The notes beneath the pieces were generated by a model, which saw only the letters and a program-made list of their open reading frames with translations, searched no databases and was not told where the DNA came from. Made by a program: the position numbers and the translations under genes. 64,000 nt of DNA from Eledone cirrhosa (lineage: Eukaryota): NCBI GenBank assembly GCA_964016885.1, contig OZ024742.1, positions 153,636,001 through 153,700,000 on the forward strand. Reading direction: 5' to 3'. Within the stretch, counting starts at the first letter, position 1; each line of letters starts with the position of its first letter. Below, in pieces: positions 1 through 12,390 of this stretch.

Positions 1-171
1 GAATGGGGGTGGGGGTACTAAGGCTACGGAGGACTGAATGGCTGCCTTGTGGTGGGCGAGAAGGCGAAAAGAACGACAAAGAAGGAGAGCTGGGGTGGAA
101 GGACGAGGAAGGGATGGGAGGAAGGAGGAAATATAGAGGAGACGATAAAAATTTATAAGACAATCTTATGT

Positions 172-700
172 CTACCTTTGTAAGCAGGGGTTACCCATTA
201 CACAGTCGGCAAGTGGGGTGTTACAGCCCTTGTCTACCCCCACCCTCGGGTCATTATGGGGTTTGAGGGCGAGGTATGTCCTACGCAATCTGTGTTTCCA
301 TCCAGTTACCCGTCGTCTTTGTTGTTTAGGAGATGGTCCGTCGAAAACAGCATTTGTAAAGTATTCTCCGAGCATAAATTACACGGCCGGCGTCCTCCCG
401 TGTAAGAGTTGGCTCTGGACAGTAAGGTCCAAGTGAGATTATAGGTTGTATTGTTATCTTTGACGTCCCAGATGTGGCCCTAAAGTGTAGTGTCGTGACG
501 CCTGGCCGGGTTTCGGAAAGTATGAATGTGTTGGTATAACCGGGTCTTGAAGTCCCAAGCGCTTAATCCTATATAAGCTTTGTTGGAGGTGTCCGTCCTC
601 ACGTTGCGCTGGTAGATCACATTACGATCTCTGTATCTGTTGTCGAGGGGCAAATGGATCCAGCAGGACAGTGACACCTCCTGGTCGGCTCTCCACTGCT
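172..700 (-). pseudogene. Degenerate PLE GIY-YIG endonuclease, Naiad-like
   Basis: Minus-strand frames give CHCPAGSICP..NVIYQ...AYIGLSAWDFKTRLYQHIHTFRNP..TTL..HIWDVK...PCNLCLGE, broken by frameshifts. Same motif order as the PLE endonucleases at 9300, 27000, 53200 and 62000. Confidence 0.85.
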
Positions 701-1022
701 ATCTAGGATATTTCTTCCATAGGGGTTGAGTATTTTGTTGTTATAGGAGACGATGTTATTTTTCTATATAGATTTACTCCATATAGATATACTTATTGTT
801 TCAACTTCCTCCCTCCTCCCCCTCTTGACCTCTTATCCTTAGGATTCTGCTATAGTCGTCACTTTCAAAGAACGACTCAGTTTCCTCCATTCCCTCTCCC
901 TCTTTCTTCTACTGGCAAGTTCAGCTACCCCTTCCTTCCACAAAATGCCATGATAGAATTGTGTGTCTCAACAACAAACTTTGACCCATCCTTGTGACAA
1001 TCACTTTTAACATATATGTAAT

Positions 1023-1121
1023 ATTACCCCCTGAGACGCTCGGCTATGCATTTAACAGGATAAACATTTTCATTTAGTCCTGAATTTGCCGTCGAAACGG
1101 CTTGAGCTCAGCCGTCGTAGT
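1023..1121 (+). ncRNA. Degenerate type I hammerhead-like motif (solo pLTR)
   Basis: ctgaga (core one nt short), cggc...gccg stem II enclosing a cagga/tcctg hairpin, GAAA, acggct/agccgt stem III with tgagctc loop, GUC site. Confidence 0.45.
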
Positions 1122-1212
1122 CCTACTCGTTCCTATTACCCATTCTACTACCCTAAGTATTGAGTACTTTGGTGCGTTATGGTCCATCTGGTTCCTTACC
1201 ACATTTCCTTCG

Positions 1213-1278
<66 letters not shown>

Positions 1279-1285
1279 GAGGAAG

Positions 1286-2140
1286 TTATAGTTCACTTGA
1301 AGCATTGTGTAATGAGGTATAAACGTTTTTAGGTGTATAGTAAAGCCAAAACAATGCACGTATGGACATAGAATATAGAATCCAAATGCAAAATATATTG
1401 TCGACAATTAGTCTACCTACGTAGAAGTTGCTGCATTTGTCGCACTTGCGACAAATGCAGCAACTTCTACGTAGGTAGCACCACCAGACCACTCCACATT
1501 AGAATAAAAGAACACCTCAATACAACGCTTCCTCATTTAAGAAACAATTAGTTAAATGCAAATACACCGACAAAACCATAACAGTTAGGATAGAAACTAA
1601 TGAAAGAAACCTCAGCAATCTTAGAATTAAGGAAGCACTAATTATAGACAAAACACAACCACCAATAAATAAAAGACTAGAATTCAACACCCAATTTATA
1701 ACTTCATAGAGCATCTAGCCCCGTGTTTCCACCCCCCTTCCACATACACGCGCACACACACACGCACGCACACACACACATACACACACTCGCACGCACA
1801 CACACATACTTACACATTCACGCATTCTCCCACACACTTAAACAGGCATGTACAAAAAAAATCTTTTAAAGGAGACTGCTCTTCACCCATCTAAGCTTAA
1901 CTCTTTGACATTAGAGATAGAACAGATACTCTATACCATTTCCAGTCAGCATGACTTGGCAAGCTCTATAGAACACTGGTTTAACCGCTGTACTTCCCTC
2001 CGAAGAAGAGATATTATTTCGAAAATTAAGGACATTTAAATAAATCTAAGGTAAAAGACTAATTGTCAACAATATCTTTTGCTTTTGCATTCTTTATTCT
2101 ATGTCCATAACTGCTTGTTTTGGCCTTATTATACATATAC
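1286..2140 (+). mobile_element. 5'-truncated PLE (GIY-YIG + pLTR) with inverted 5' segment
   Basis: 1447-1700 reads CDKCSNFYVGSTTRPLHIRIKEHL...NLRIKEALII..QPPINKR (one frameshift). ~1333-1414 is a diverged inverted copy of 2056-2136. Perfect 32-bp hairpin at 1413-1478. Confidence 0.85.
1997..2031 (+). ncRNA. Minimal hammerhead-like motif, CCGAAGA core
   Basis: cct CCGAAGA a gaga-tatta-tttc GAAA at UA agg; stem I cct/agg; lies downstream of the PLE ORF. Stem III region is shortened. Confidence 0.5.
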
Positions 2141-2324
2141 ACACGGTTATATATATATATATATTTATATATTGTTATACTTTGGGAGGGTCATGTTGCC
2201 AATAAGAAACACACGCACCAGTTGCTTTCACTTCAATTTATTATAATACATTTATAATAAATTTGTAAATTTATAAATTTCTGGTTGGTTGGTTGGTTCC
2301 ACAACCAGATAGTTGTTTATATAT

Positions 2325-2369
2325 AGTCATAGTTCTTTCGTCTCACACTCTGTGACCTCTTCAGTGACT
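2325..2369 (-). ncRNA. Minimal type I hammerhead ribozyme
   Basis: Reverse complement: agtca CUGAAGA ggtcacagagtgtgagac GAAA gaac UA tgact; perfect 5-bp stem I. Confidence 0.7.
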
Positions 2370-2718
2370 GGGGATTCCTTTCTTTGTTTCTGTGCCTCTC
2401 CTTTCTTCTGTCCTACGCCATTTTGTTTCTGCAATAATGTTTATTGCAATAAACATAAAAGAATTACAACCAAAATTAAATAGAAAATATGAGTGGAACA
2501 GCACATCACAACTTACAATTAAGGACAAAATGAAAACACACACATAGAACAAACAACCAACCAGTAACATGTAAATAAACAAATAAATAAATGAACATAA
2601 ACACACACAGACACCCGGATGTGGCGCATGCGCAGACTGAGCACACAACACACACACATAAACAAAATGGCGTAGGACAGAACAAAGGAGAGGCACAGAA
2701 ACAAAGAAAGGAATCCCC

Positions 2719-2763
2719 AGTCACTGAAGAGGTCACAGAGTGTGTGAAGAAATAACTATGAAT
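2719..2763 (+). ncRNA. Minimal type I hammerhead (mirror copy, more decayed)
   Basis: agtca CUGAAGA ggtcacagagtgtgtgaa GAAA taac UA tgaat. Confidence 0.6.
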
Positions 2764-2976
2764 ATATATAAACAACTATCTGGTTATGGAACCAACCAAC
2801 CAACCAGAAATTTATAAATTTATAAATTTATTATAAATTTATTATAATAAATTGAAGTGAAAGCAACTGGTGCGTGTGTTTCTTATTGGCAACATGATCC
2901 TCCCAAAGTATAACAATATCGGTTTCAACACACGATTTCAGATAAAGAATCTTGCTAAACAAATTCAGAAACGAAG

Positions 2977-3008
<32 letters not shown>

Positions 3009-3206
3009 TTGTATTATAACAATTGCTTCTACAGGCGTAGAACTGTTTCGTTAATTTTTTTTATGAAACAGTTCCACGCCCGTAGAAGCTATTTCTATAT
3101 GTAACTAATATATTGAGAACCTTACTAACTCTAGTTGCTCCATAGAGAAGCCTGGTCTCCCACACCCATACACAGACACACAGACACACACATAATCTCG
3201 CTCCCA

Positions 3207-3267
<61 letters not shown>

Positions 3268-3288
3268 GATCTCCTCATCGGGACTGCC

Positions 3289-3322
3289 CCGATGATTTCA
3301 TATGAATGAAACAATTCTAATC
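3289..3322 (+). ncRNA. Hammerhead-like motif, CCGAUGA core, 5'-truncated with fold-back
   Basis: CCGAUGA tttc-atat-gaat GAAA caattc UA, preceded by an inverted copy of its own start (tcatcggg/cccgatga). Stem I not resolved. Confidence 0.5.
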
Positions 3323-4440
3323 TTCTAGAATCCATTTAATGTTTGATGTTTACACTCTACTAACGTATTGAATACATTTTTAACTGTGGTTGACTCTGCT
3401 TTAACTCGGTATCTACACACTCAGATATATTTATAGAAAAAAGAAAAACAGATTAAGAATGGTGAACAAATGGAAAATGAATAATATGCACACATTCATT
3501 TTAGCTGTATAAATGACTGATATTTTTGATGTTCTAGATTAGCGTTGCAGCAATGAAACCTCGCAAAACCTTATAGAATATTTACACTAGTAATAACGGA
3601 AGCTACCTTCAGAATTGTTATAGTTACAATTCCAATAACGGTCGTTTCGACGATCAATGATAATATTTGAGCATGCGCAACAGTATGGATTAAAAGTTAT
3701 CAAATAATCTATTTTGTTACTACAAGAAATGGCTGTACTGCAATGCGCTATACAAACATATTTCATCTCACCCAACTCCACTGACACATATATGACGCAT
3801 ATTTTACTGATTAAATTGGATCGCAATTTGACAGAATCGATAAGAGTGCATATTATTTAAGAACATTTCATGACAGTTCAAAAATCAACATCTGCATCCC
3901 ATAATTAATTTCTATGCAATCGAGCTTTGCACAGACACAAGTAATCTGAAAACAATCGTTTGACGAAGTATGCTTACATTATCACTTCCTTATAGATATA
4001 GGCACGCGCATTTATACTTGATAACTCAGGCACAGTGTTAGACTGCAAATACATCCACTGCACAACTGTACAAATATATGTAATGCCAAGTCTCCTTTTT
4101 ATTTAGGTCGACAATTTCTTTCTAAATGTGACGATATTTCTATTTCTCTACGTAAGTGTGTAACTGTGTACCTATTAATTTACTAATATTTTAATAGACA
4201 CGGGGGCTGTCATACAAACCCTCAACACACACACACAAATACACATAGGCATATAAATATGATGTGAGTACATTGACGAAGCTATATATAATTATGCATT
4301 CATAATTTACTCAAAGAAGTATGCAAATATTATAGAAAGCACTGCATCCTCTCTCACCGACACATCACACAACTCTCTTTCTCTGTTCTCACTCTCTATT
4401 TCTCTCTATATATATTTCTCTCTCTCTCTCCATTTATCTA

Positions 4441-4518
<78 letters not shown>

Positions 4519-4689
4519 GTTCAAGAGTAACCAATCTTAAAGAGAGAGATTGAGATAGTAGAAGAGATATTGATAGGAAAGATTGGTGAGTTAGTTAGAA
4601 GCCAAAGCGTAAAGGCATGTGCTCAATGTGCAATATGCAGTAGGAAGCAGTTAGGTGGCTGGGTTCATGCAGAGGTTAGGTGCGCAGAG

Positions 4690-4848
4690 CTGAAGGCCCA
4701 TACCAACTCCACTAGAACCCCTAGAAGGAATAGGCCTAGAAATATCACCTGGCTTAACCCATCATTCTCATCTAATCTAGCCACTAATATCCCCAATCGC
4801 TTTTTCTATATCCTATCCAAACACTTCCCCCCTAACCATAGATATTAC
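4690..4848 (+). pseudogene. Naiad-like PLE RT-EN linker, left part (interrupted by Gypsy)
   Basis: RNRPRNITWLNPSFSSNLATNIPNRFFYILSKHFPPNHRYY; the frame resumes at 9058 as (Y)KLFNKNNIKISFS. Confidence 0.85.
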
Positions 4849-5275
4849 TGTAGTAAGAGTTGCCTCCCCTGCCACGACAATTGAATCGCTGTTCTCTAGA
4901 CAGGAAGTAGGTGGAGTTGCTTCCCTTTGGGATTGACCAAACTCCCTAGTGGTCACTTCCGGTCAACAGAGATAAAAGGAGCGATTAACCGCGAAATCTC
5001 TCTCTCGCCTCCTGATTCCTGAAGTGGTAACATCTTCGACCATAGCTGGTGATTCTCTCTGGACGACCCTTTCGTTACCAGCACAATCCAGCTCACCAGC
5101 CTGAGATGAGAGCGCCAAGACATTTTCTACCAACTTCACAATGGTATTATTGCCGCGGGTAACAACCCTTTACCTTATACACCTTTGACTTCTATGAAGT
5201 AAAACTTTATCACACACACCAGTACTCTTTGTCTTTTATATTATGTTGCATGTGCACCGATATCTATTTCCTAAA
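4849..5275 (+). repeat. 5' LTR
   Basis: tgtagtaagag...tttcctaaa; matches 8630-9057 except tgccGCggg vs tgccATCggg by eye. Confidence 0.97.
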
Positions 5276-5276
5276 G

Positions 5277-5288
5277 TGGTGACCCCGA
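5277..5288 (+). promoter_or_regulatory. Primer binding site (tRNA-Trp type)
   Basis: tggtgaccccga equals the first 12 nt of the tRNA-Trp PBS TGGTGACCCCGACGTGAT; 1 nt after the LTR. Confidence 0.85.
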
Positions 5289-5292
5289 TTTA

Positions 5293-7611
5293 GTGCGAGC
5301 CTACCACCAAATTCCGGTCAGGAAGGAGGATATTCCGAAAACTGCAATTACAACCCCTTTCGGATCATTCGAATTTTTGACCATGCCTTTCGGACTCAGG
5401 AACGCCGCTAGCACTTTTCAGCGGTTCATAGACGAGGTCACGCGTGGTCTGGACTTCGTTTATGCTTACATAGACGATATTCTCGTCGCTAGTTCCTCTC
5501 CGGAAGAGCATATGCGCCACATGCTTCTCTTACTTCGGCGACTTCAGGATTACCGCGTTCGCGTGAATCCTGCAAAGTGTGTTTTCGGTTCCACTTCCCT
5601 ACATTTTTTAGGCCACCTCATCGACGCCGAAGGTATTAGGCCGCTCCCTGAGCGAGTTCAAGCCATACAGGAGTTACCGCCGCCTACTACACTTCACCAG
5701 TTGCGTCACTTCTTAGGCCTAATCAATTTCTATAGGCGTTTCATTCCTCATTGTGCTAATTGGCTATCTTCCCTTACTGACATTTTAAAAAAACGTCGTA
5801 AGAAGAATGAAGACATTTCCTTGACACAAGGACAGCTTCAGGACTTCCAGTCTGCCAAGACAGCCCTCGCTAGTTCTTCTTTGCTAGCCCACCCGGTACC
5901 AGAGGCCAAGCTTTCGCTTTGTGTTGATGCATCTGATACCGCTGTGGGTGCAGTTTTACAGCAGTCTTACGCTGAAAGCCAACAACCTTTGGCATTTTTC
6001 TCGAGGAAGTTGAAACCAGCAGAAACGCGTTATAGCACGTTTGGGCGGGAATTATTAGCCATATATCTGTCGGTGAAACATTTCTCTCATATCCTTGAGG
6101 GGAGAAATTTTACGGTTTTTACCGACCACAAACCGTTGACCTTCGCTTTGAGGGCCAAAGCCGACAGATATTCGCCCAGAGAGACAAGGCACCTGGACTA
6201 CGTTTCACAATTTACAAACGATATCCAGCACATTGCCGGCTCGCACAACATAGTTGCAGACGCATTATCTCGTTTGCCAATTAGCTCCATCTCGTCATCC
6301 CAGGACATCGATTTAGGTCGTTTAGCTGCAGACCAACCTGCACTCCAATCGTTGGACACTCTTTCCACCGAATTTGCGACTTGCACTTTCAAATATCTGC
6401 TCTTGTCCACCACCGACAGGCAGATCCTTTGTGATGTATCCACTGATGCACCACGACCACTTGTTCCTGAGACTCACCGTCGAATTGTGTTCCTGGCTCT
6501 GCACAACATTTCTCATCCAGGATCGGCTGCCACAGTTAAACTTATAACAGCCAGATTCTTCTGGCCTAATATGAGGCGAGACATTGCTGTTTTTTGCCGT
6601 TCCTGTATCGCTTGCCAGAAATCGAAGATCCATAGACACATCCGGACTCCACTTGGTACTTTCACCACTCCAGATGCCCGGTTTCAACACATCCACATTG
6701 ACATCGTTGGACCTTGGCCATTCAGCAGTGGATATTCATACATATTGACGTGTGTCGATCGTTTTTCGAGATGGCCTGAGGCCATACCTTTACAAGACAT
6801 GACGGCTGAGACTGTAGCACGTGCCCTGGTATCAGGGTGGATTACCCGCTTTGGGGTACCAACTACACTCACGACAGACCGCGGTAGACAATTCGAGTCC
6901 CATCTCTTCTCTGAGCTCACAAAAATAATTGGAGCTCAACGGATTCGGACCACAGCCTATCATCCTGCTTCAAATGGAATGGTGGAACGATTCCACCGCC
7001 AATTAAAGGCCGCTCTTCGCGCCTATCCAGACTCTCAACGTTGGAGCGAGTACCTTCCTATTGTGTTACTAGGAATTCGGTCATCAATAAAGGAGGACCT
7101 TGGGTTCTCCCCGGCCGAATTAATCTACGGTGCTCCTCTAGCGTTGCCTGGGCAAATGCTTGCCCCTGTTGATCTTGCTTTCCAAGATCCGCTTTCCTAC
7201 GTATCCCGTCTGCGTTCTTATTTACAGGACCTGCCGCCGATGGATACGAGGAAGCAAACTGTAAAACATGCGGTCCCGAGGGACATTGCCTCGTGGACCC
7301 ATGTGTTCGTAAGGAACGATGCTGTGAGACCACCCCTCACACAACCATACTCTGGACCCTACCGTGTGTTAGCACGCACTGACAAACATTTCACAGTAGA
7401 CGTTAAGGGGTCCAGAGAGACAATTTCGGTGGATAGACTGAAAAGGGCACACAATGACGCTCATACACCCGAGCCACAAATACCCCAATCTTTCACCATT
7501 GTGCATACACCTGCTCCTTCTGCCCCACCATCACCTACATACAAGACTACGACCCGTTCCGGTCGGAGAGTCCACTGGCCCAAAAAGTTCTGCCAAACTA
7601 TTTTTATATGA
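5293..7611 (+). CDS. pol: Gypsy pol, N-terminally truncated: RT C-part, RNase H, integrase
   Basis: [27 protein letters not shown] (RT); DAS..RELLA..TDH..ADALSR (RNase H); H-x3-H..C-x2-[23 protein letters not shown] (integrase). Open for 772 aa. Confidence 0.95.
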   Translation: MRAYHQIPVRKEDIPKTAITTPFGSFEFLTMPFGLRNAASTFQRFIDEVTRGLDFVYAYIDDILVASSSPEEHMRHMLLLLRRLQDYRVRVNPAKCVFGSTSLHFLGHLIDAEGIRPLPERVQAIQELPPPTTLHQLRHFLGLINFYRRFIPHCANWLSSLTDILKKRRKKNEDISLTQGQLQDFQSAKTALASSSLLAHPVPEAKLSLCVDASDTAVGAVLQQSYAESQQPLAFFSRKLKPAETRYSTFGRELLAIYLSVKHFSHILEGRNFTVFTDHKPLTFALRAKADRYSPRETRHLDYVSQFTNDIQHIAGSHNIVADALSRLPISSISSSQDIDLGRLAADQPALQSLDTLSTEFATCTFKYLLLSTTDRQILCDVSTDAPRPLVPETHRRIVFLALHNISHPGSAATVKLITARFFWPNMRRDIAVFCRSCIACQKSKIHRHIRTPLGTFTTPDARFQHIHIDIVGPWPFSSGYSYILTCVDRFSRWPEAIPLQDMTAETVARALVSGWITRFGVPTTLTTDRGRQFESHLFSELTKIIGAQRIRTTAYHPASNGMVERFHRQLKAALRAYPDSQRWSEYLPIVLLGIRSSIKEDLGFSPAELIYGAPLALPGQMLAPVDLAFQDPLSYVSRLRSYLQDLPPMDTRKQTVKHAVPRDIASWTHVFVRNDAVRPPLTQPYSGPYRVLARTDKHFTVDVKGSRETISVDRLKRAHNDAHTPEPQIPQSFTIVHTPAPSAPPSPTYKTTTRSGRRVHWPKKFCQTIFI

Positions 7612-7625
7612 ACTGGCCATTGGAG

Positions 7626-7693
<68 letters not shown>

Positions 7694-8047
7694 TTTGTTT
7701 TTGCTGTTCTTATTTATTTGATTTATTGTATTGCAATGTACCTCTCATGACCATTTCACTGGATGTATATATATGTTTTTTCGTTTCCTTTACAATGAAC
7801 ATTTTAAGCTACATTCTTCTCTTTGCCGGTTTATAAGTTTGCAATGTAAATTTACCGTTGATAACCGCGCATTTAGTAAGAATGCTTATCTCTCTGGTCG
7901 CTGGCCTCTGGACCCTTCCAGATCAACGCATTCTCAACATCGACCATCAACTTCGGCTGCTATTTCTAGCACTTTGCGCAACTCATTTTTTCTGAAAAAT
8001 TTTTTGTCTACTGTGAGTTTAAACACCGAATACGCTCACTCAGCGAG

Positions 8048-8048
<1 letters not shown>

Positions 8049-8078
<30 letters not shown>

Positions 8079-8331
8079 TACAGCAGCGGCAACAGCAATA
8101 CAGCAGCAACAACAGCAATACAGCAGCAGCAACAGCAATACAGCAGCAACAGCAATACAGCAGCAGCAACAGCAATACAGCAGCAACAGCAATACAGCAA
8201 CAGCAACAACAGCAGCAGCAACAGCAATACAGCAGCAGCAGCAACAGCAATACAGCAGCAGCAACAGCAATACAGCAACAACAGCAGCAGCAGCAACAAC
8301 AGCAATACAACAGCAGCAACAGCAACAGCAA
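8049..8331 (+). repeat. CAG/CAA/TAC compound repeat inside Gypsy 3' UTR
   Basis: Units of (cag)n-caa-cag-caa-ta between the pol stop and the PPT. Confidence 0.9.
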
Positions 8332-8615
8332 CCAAAGCCAGAGAATTTATTTTTGCAGCACTCTTCCTGTGAGAAAATCCATTCGGAGGTTGGAAATTCA
8401 CGATATACCACAGAACAGAGACCACCTGCATTCATTCTCTGGAACACACTTTCTTTCCTGCTGTCATGTGATTGCACACCTGTGAACTATATTTTGTACA
8501 TTTGAACTTTTGACTTTTCTTTCTACCATTACTCTGTACCATATTTTTCATGCCTCTTACATGCTCGCCATCTTACTCCATGCATGCTTCTTTCGATTTG
8601 TTATGTTTTAAAAAT

Positions 8616-8629
8616 CTGGCGGGGGATAC
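8616..8629 (+). promoter_or_regulatory. Polypurine tract
   Basis: ctggcgggggatac immediately before the 3' LTR. Confidence 0.7.
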
Positions 8630-9057
8630 TGTAGTAAGAGTTGCCTCCCCTGCCACGACAATTGAATCGCTGTTCTCTAGACAGGAAGTAGGTGGAGTTG
8701 CTTCCCTTTGGGATTGACCAAACTCCCTAGTGGTCACTTCCGGTCAACAGAGATAAAAGGAGCGATTAACCGCGAAATCTCTCTCTCGCCTCCTGATTCC
8801 TGAAGTGGTAACATCTTCGACCATAGCTGGTGATTCTCTCTGGACGACCCTTTCGTTACCAGCACAATCCAGCTCACCAGCCTGAGATGAGAGCGCCAAG
8901 ACATTTTCTACCAACTTCACAATGGTATTATTGCCATCGGGTAACAACCCTTTACCTTATACACCTTTGACTTCTATGAAGTAAAACTTTATCACACACA
9001 CCAGTACTCTTTGTCTTTTATATTATGTTGCATGTGCACCGATATCTATTTCCTAAA
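8630..9057 (+). repeat. 3' LTR
   Basis: Direct repeat of 4849-5275. Confidence 0.97.
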
Positions 9058-9746
9058 TTACAAACTCTTTAATAAAAACAACATTAAAATCTCATTCTCC
9101 ACTACTCATAACCTAGCTAGCCACATCGCATTCAGTAACCATCATAAGCTAAGACACTGTAACTCCCACACCGCGGTACCACCACCCCTATCACATACAC
9201 CACGCCACTACACCAATAATTACTCTAGTAGCACACCTCCCCCATCTAATCCTTCTAGCACGGACCAACTGCTTAGGTTAAATAACCCTACTGTCACTAA
9301 CCGCCGAAGCAACTGTAACTGCAGGTACCCCAATGCATGCCCATTAAATGGACACTACCTGACACCCAACATAGTCTATAGGTGCACAGTTAAGACTGCT
9401 ACGAATACCAGCTCTTATATCGGGTCTACCTCTAACCCTTTTAAGGTACGCTATAACGCGCACTCTTTTTCCTTACGAGACCCTAGCGACAGATGTTCGA
9501 CATCGCTAGCTAGGCTCATTAAAAACATTAAATTAAACAAAGTTCAACACTCACTAAAATGGGATATCGTAGCTAGGGCCCAACCGTTCAATGGACGAAA
9601 AAAAATCTTGTGATCTCTGTGTTACGGAAGCATATTACATAACTCTATCAAGACCTCTACCAATTAACGATAGAACGGAGGTAACCATTAGCTGTCTACA
9701 TCGAAGGGATAATTCCTTCGCCAATAGAGTTTATGACCCAACTTAG
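9058..9746 (+). pseudogene. Naiad-like PLE linker + GIY-YIG, right part
   Basis: CNCRYPNACPLNGHYLTPNIVYRC..SYIGSTSNPFKVRYNAH..TSLA..KWDIVARAQPF, frameshift in an A-run, then SCDLCVTEAYYI..NDRTE...CLH. Confidence 0.9.
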
Positions 9747-10113
9747 TCATGTAGTTCCATCTCTAATTGTAGCTAATAAGTTAAATTGCTATGAACAACT
9801 CGATAATTATAAGTTACTTCCCCTACATTGTCTCTCAATTAAATAATTTAAATACTAGCACATAACTATGAAATATACACAATCTCTAATCTCTCGAGAA
9901 GTTATTCCTCCTGAAACTACCCTCTAATTAGTAAGGTAAATATGCCCTTTGGCAGCCATCTTGTTAGCCATAGGCAGATCTCACACAATGCAGCCTCGAC
10001 AGATGAGTACTGCTTGATAATGGCTGACAGCTGATGAAAAACATGCACCATATTAAAAACTAATATATGGAACATTATATTATGTAACATTATTTTAATT
10101 TATATTCCTTTGA

Positions 10114-10232
10114 GTTCCGATGAGCCATTCTTTTTTTAAATATGTTAATTATTTTCAACTGAACCAGATCAATTATGATACATAGTCATCTGATCCAGAA
10201 ATATTATACGGAGTAGCGAAACAATTGTAAAC
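10114..10232 (+). ncRNA. Hammerhead-like motif, CCGAUGA core, enlarged stem II
   Basis: gtt CCGAUGA gccattc...(~80 nt)...gagtagc GAAA caattg UA aac; palindromic stem III; in the PLE 3' region. Confidence 0.6.
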
Positions 10233-10359
10233 GGGCATTATTAATATTAATACTATTATTATTATTATTCTCTACATTCCTTACATCAAACTAAATATGT
10301 TGACAGTCTTTTAATACTGTCTTCCTTGTGAAATTTGTGGTCTTATTTTGCTTAACTAA

Positions 10360-10614
<255 letters not shown>

Positions 10615-11664
10615 GCACACGACAATGTGATTTAGTTAGTATTATTCTGTTGAAGTTGTGTTTGCAACTGTATTTGGATAATGAACCGTGTTGTTGACAT
10701 TCTCGTAATATGATGTAAACATGCAATAGTTTATTCAGTTGACATAGAAACCGTTTTTCTTCAATCAGGTGTAAGGCTGAAATTGTTATATTTCTATTAT
10801 CATCATTTTATCGTTTACATAACGAGATGTGTTTCATACTTGTTACATTGTGTGGATTGTGTAAACATCTTCTATATTTCTTCAGAAGCTTGAATTGCGT
10901 TTTCCATAAAATTATAAAATGTCACCATAGTTTTTCGTACTTTTTTGTTTATGTTTAACCAGCCAGGGTTTATGAGATGTTATTTGAGAAATTCATCACT
11001 TACTGAGCGATTTCATACTTTATTATAACTGAAGATGATGTCATTATCATTTGTCAGTATATTGCCCATATTAGAGAGAATGTAATTATGTCTTAATCTT
11101 TGTCTTTTCTTTAATAGGAATATGCCTTACTGCTAAACTGGTTTTAATTATAATGAAATACTAAAACACGCTACGTTGATATTTACTAAGGCCGTATCAG
11201 AAGGTAGTTCAGAAGTTACCAATAAGTTCAAAATAACACACTATATCTAAGCAGCTATTACTATATCCGCGCCCATTGAATTAAATTACTCTCACTCACG
11301 ACCTGTCCTTATGTTCCAGTTTGTGTATTCCATAAATCTCCCGATACCAATTATATAGAAACTCCAAGGAATAATGTCTATAATTACAAATCTTCCTTGT
11401 GCATGTTTATATGTCTTTTAGTGAACCACATCTATAAATCATTTCCAGAGGCAATAAATAGAATGTTAGAAGCAACTGAGGCACTTCATAATTAATGAAT
11501 GGAAACCCTTTCAGAGAAACCACACAATTGATTCCTATCCAACATGACAGATATATTTCAAGATTTAGAAATATAAAGACTTGGACAGCGCAGTGCACCG
11601 TGACACATTCCAGGCAATGACATTCAATAAAGTTACGAAGGAGGTAGTGTTGCACAAACACACA

Positions 11665-12390
<726 letters not shown>

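Larger units (their letters stand above)
2169..2919. mobile_element. PLE-derived fold-back element with ~260-bp inverted arms
   Basis: 2169-2428 is the inverse of 2660-2919. The spacer encodes a PLE ORF end (AINIKELQPKLNRKYEW..) similar to 63905-64000. Each arm has a hammerhead. Confidence 0.85.
4849..9057 (+). mobile_element. Ty3/Gypsy LTR retrotransposon, internally deleted (no gag/protease)
   Basis: Two ~427-bp LTRs, tRNA-Trp-type PBS, PPT, TSD ttac (or attac), and an RT-RH-IN ORF. Confidence 0.97.

Noticed and set aside
6198-7333. Antisense ORFs within Gypsy pol
   Set aside because: Short shadow frames with no motifs.
7731-8477. PolyQ/polyL/polyC ORFs as an env-like or extra gene
   Set aside because: Openness is explained by the CAG/CAA repeat; no recognisable domain.
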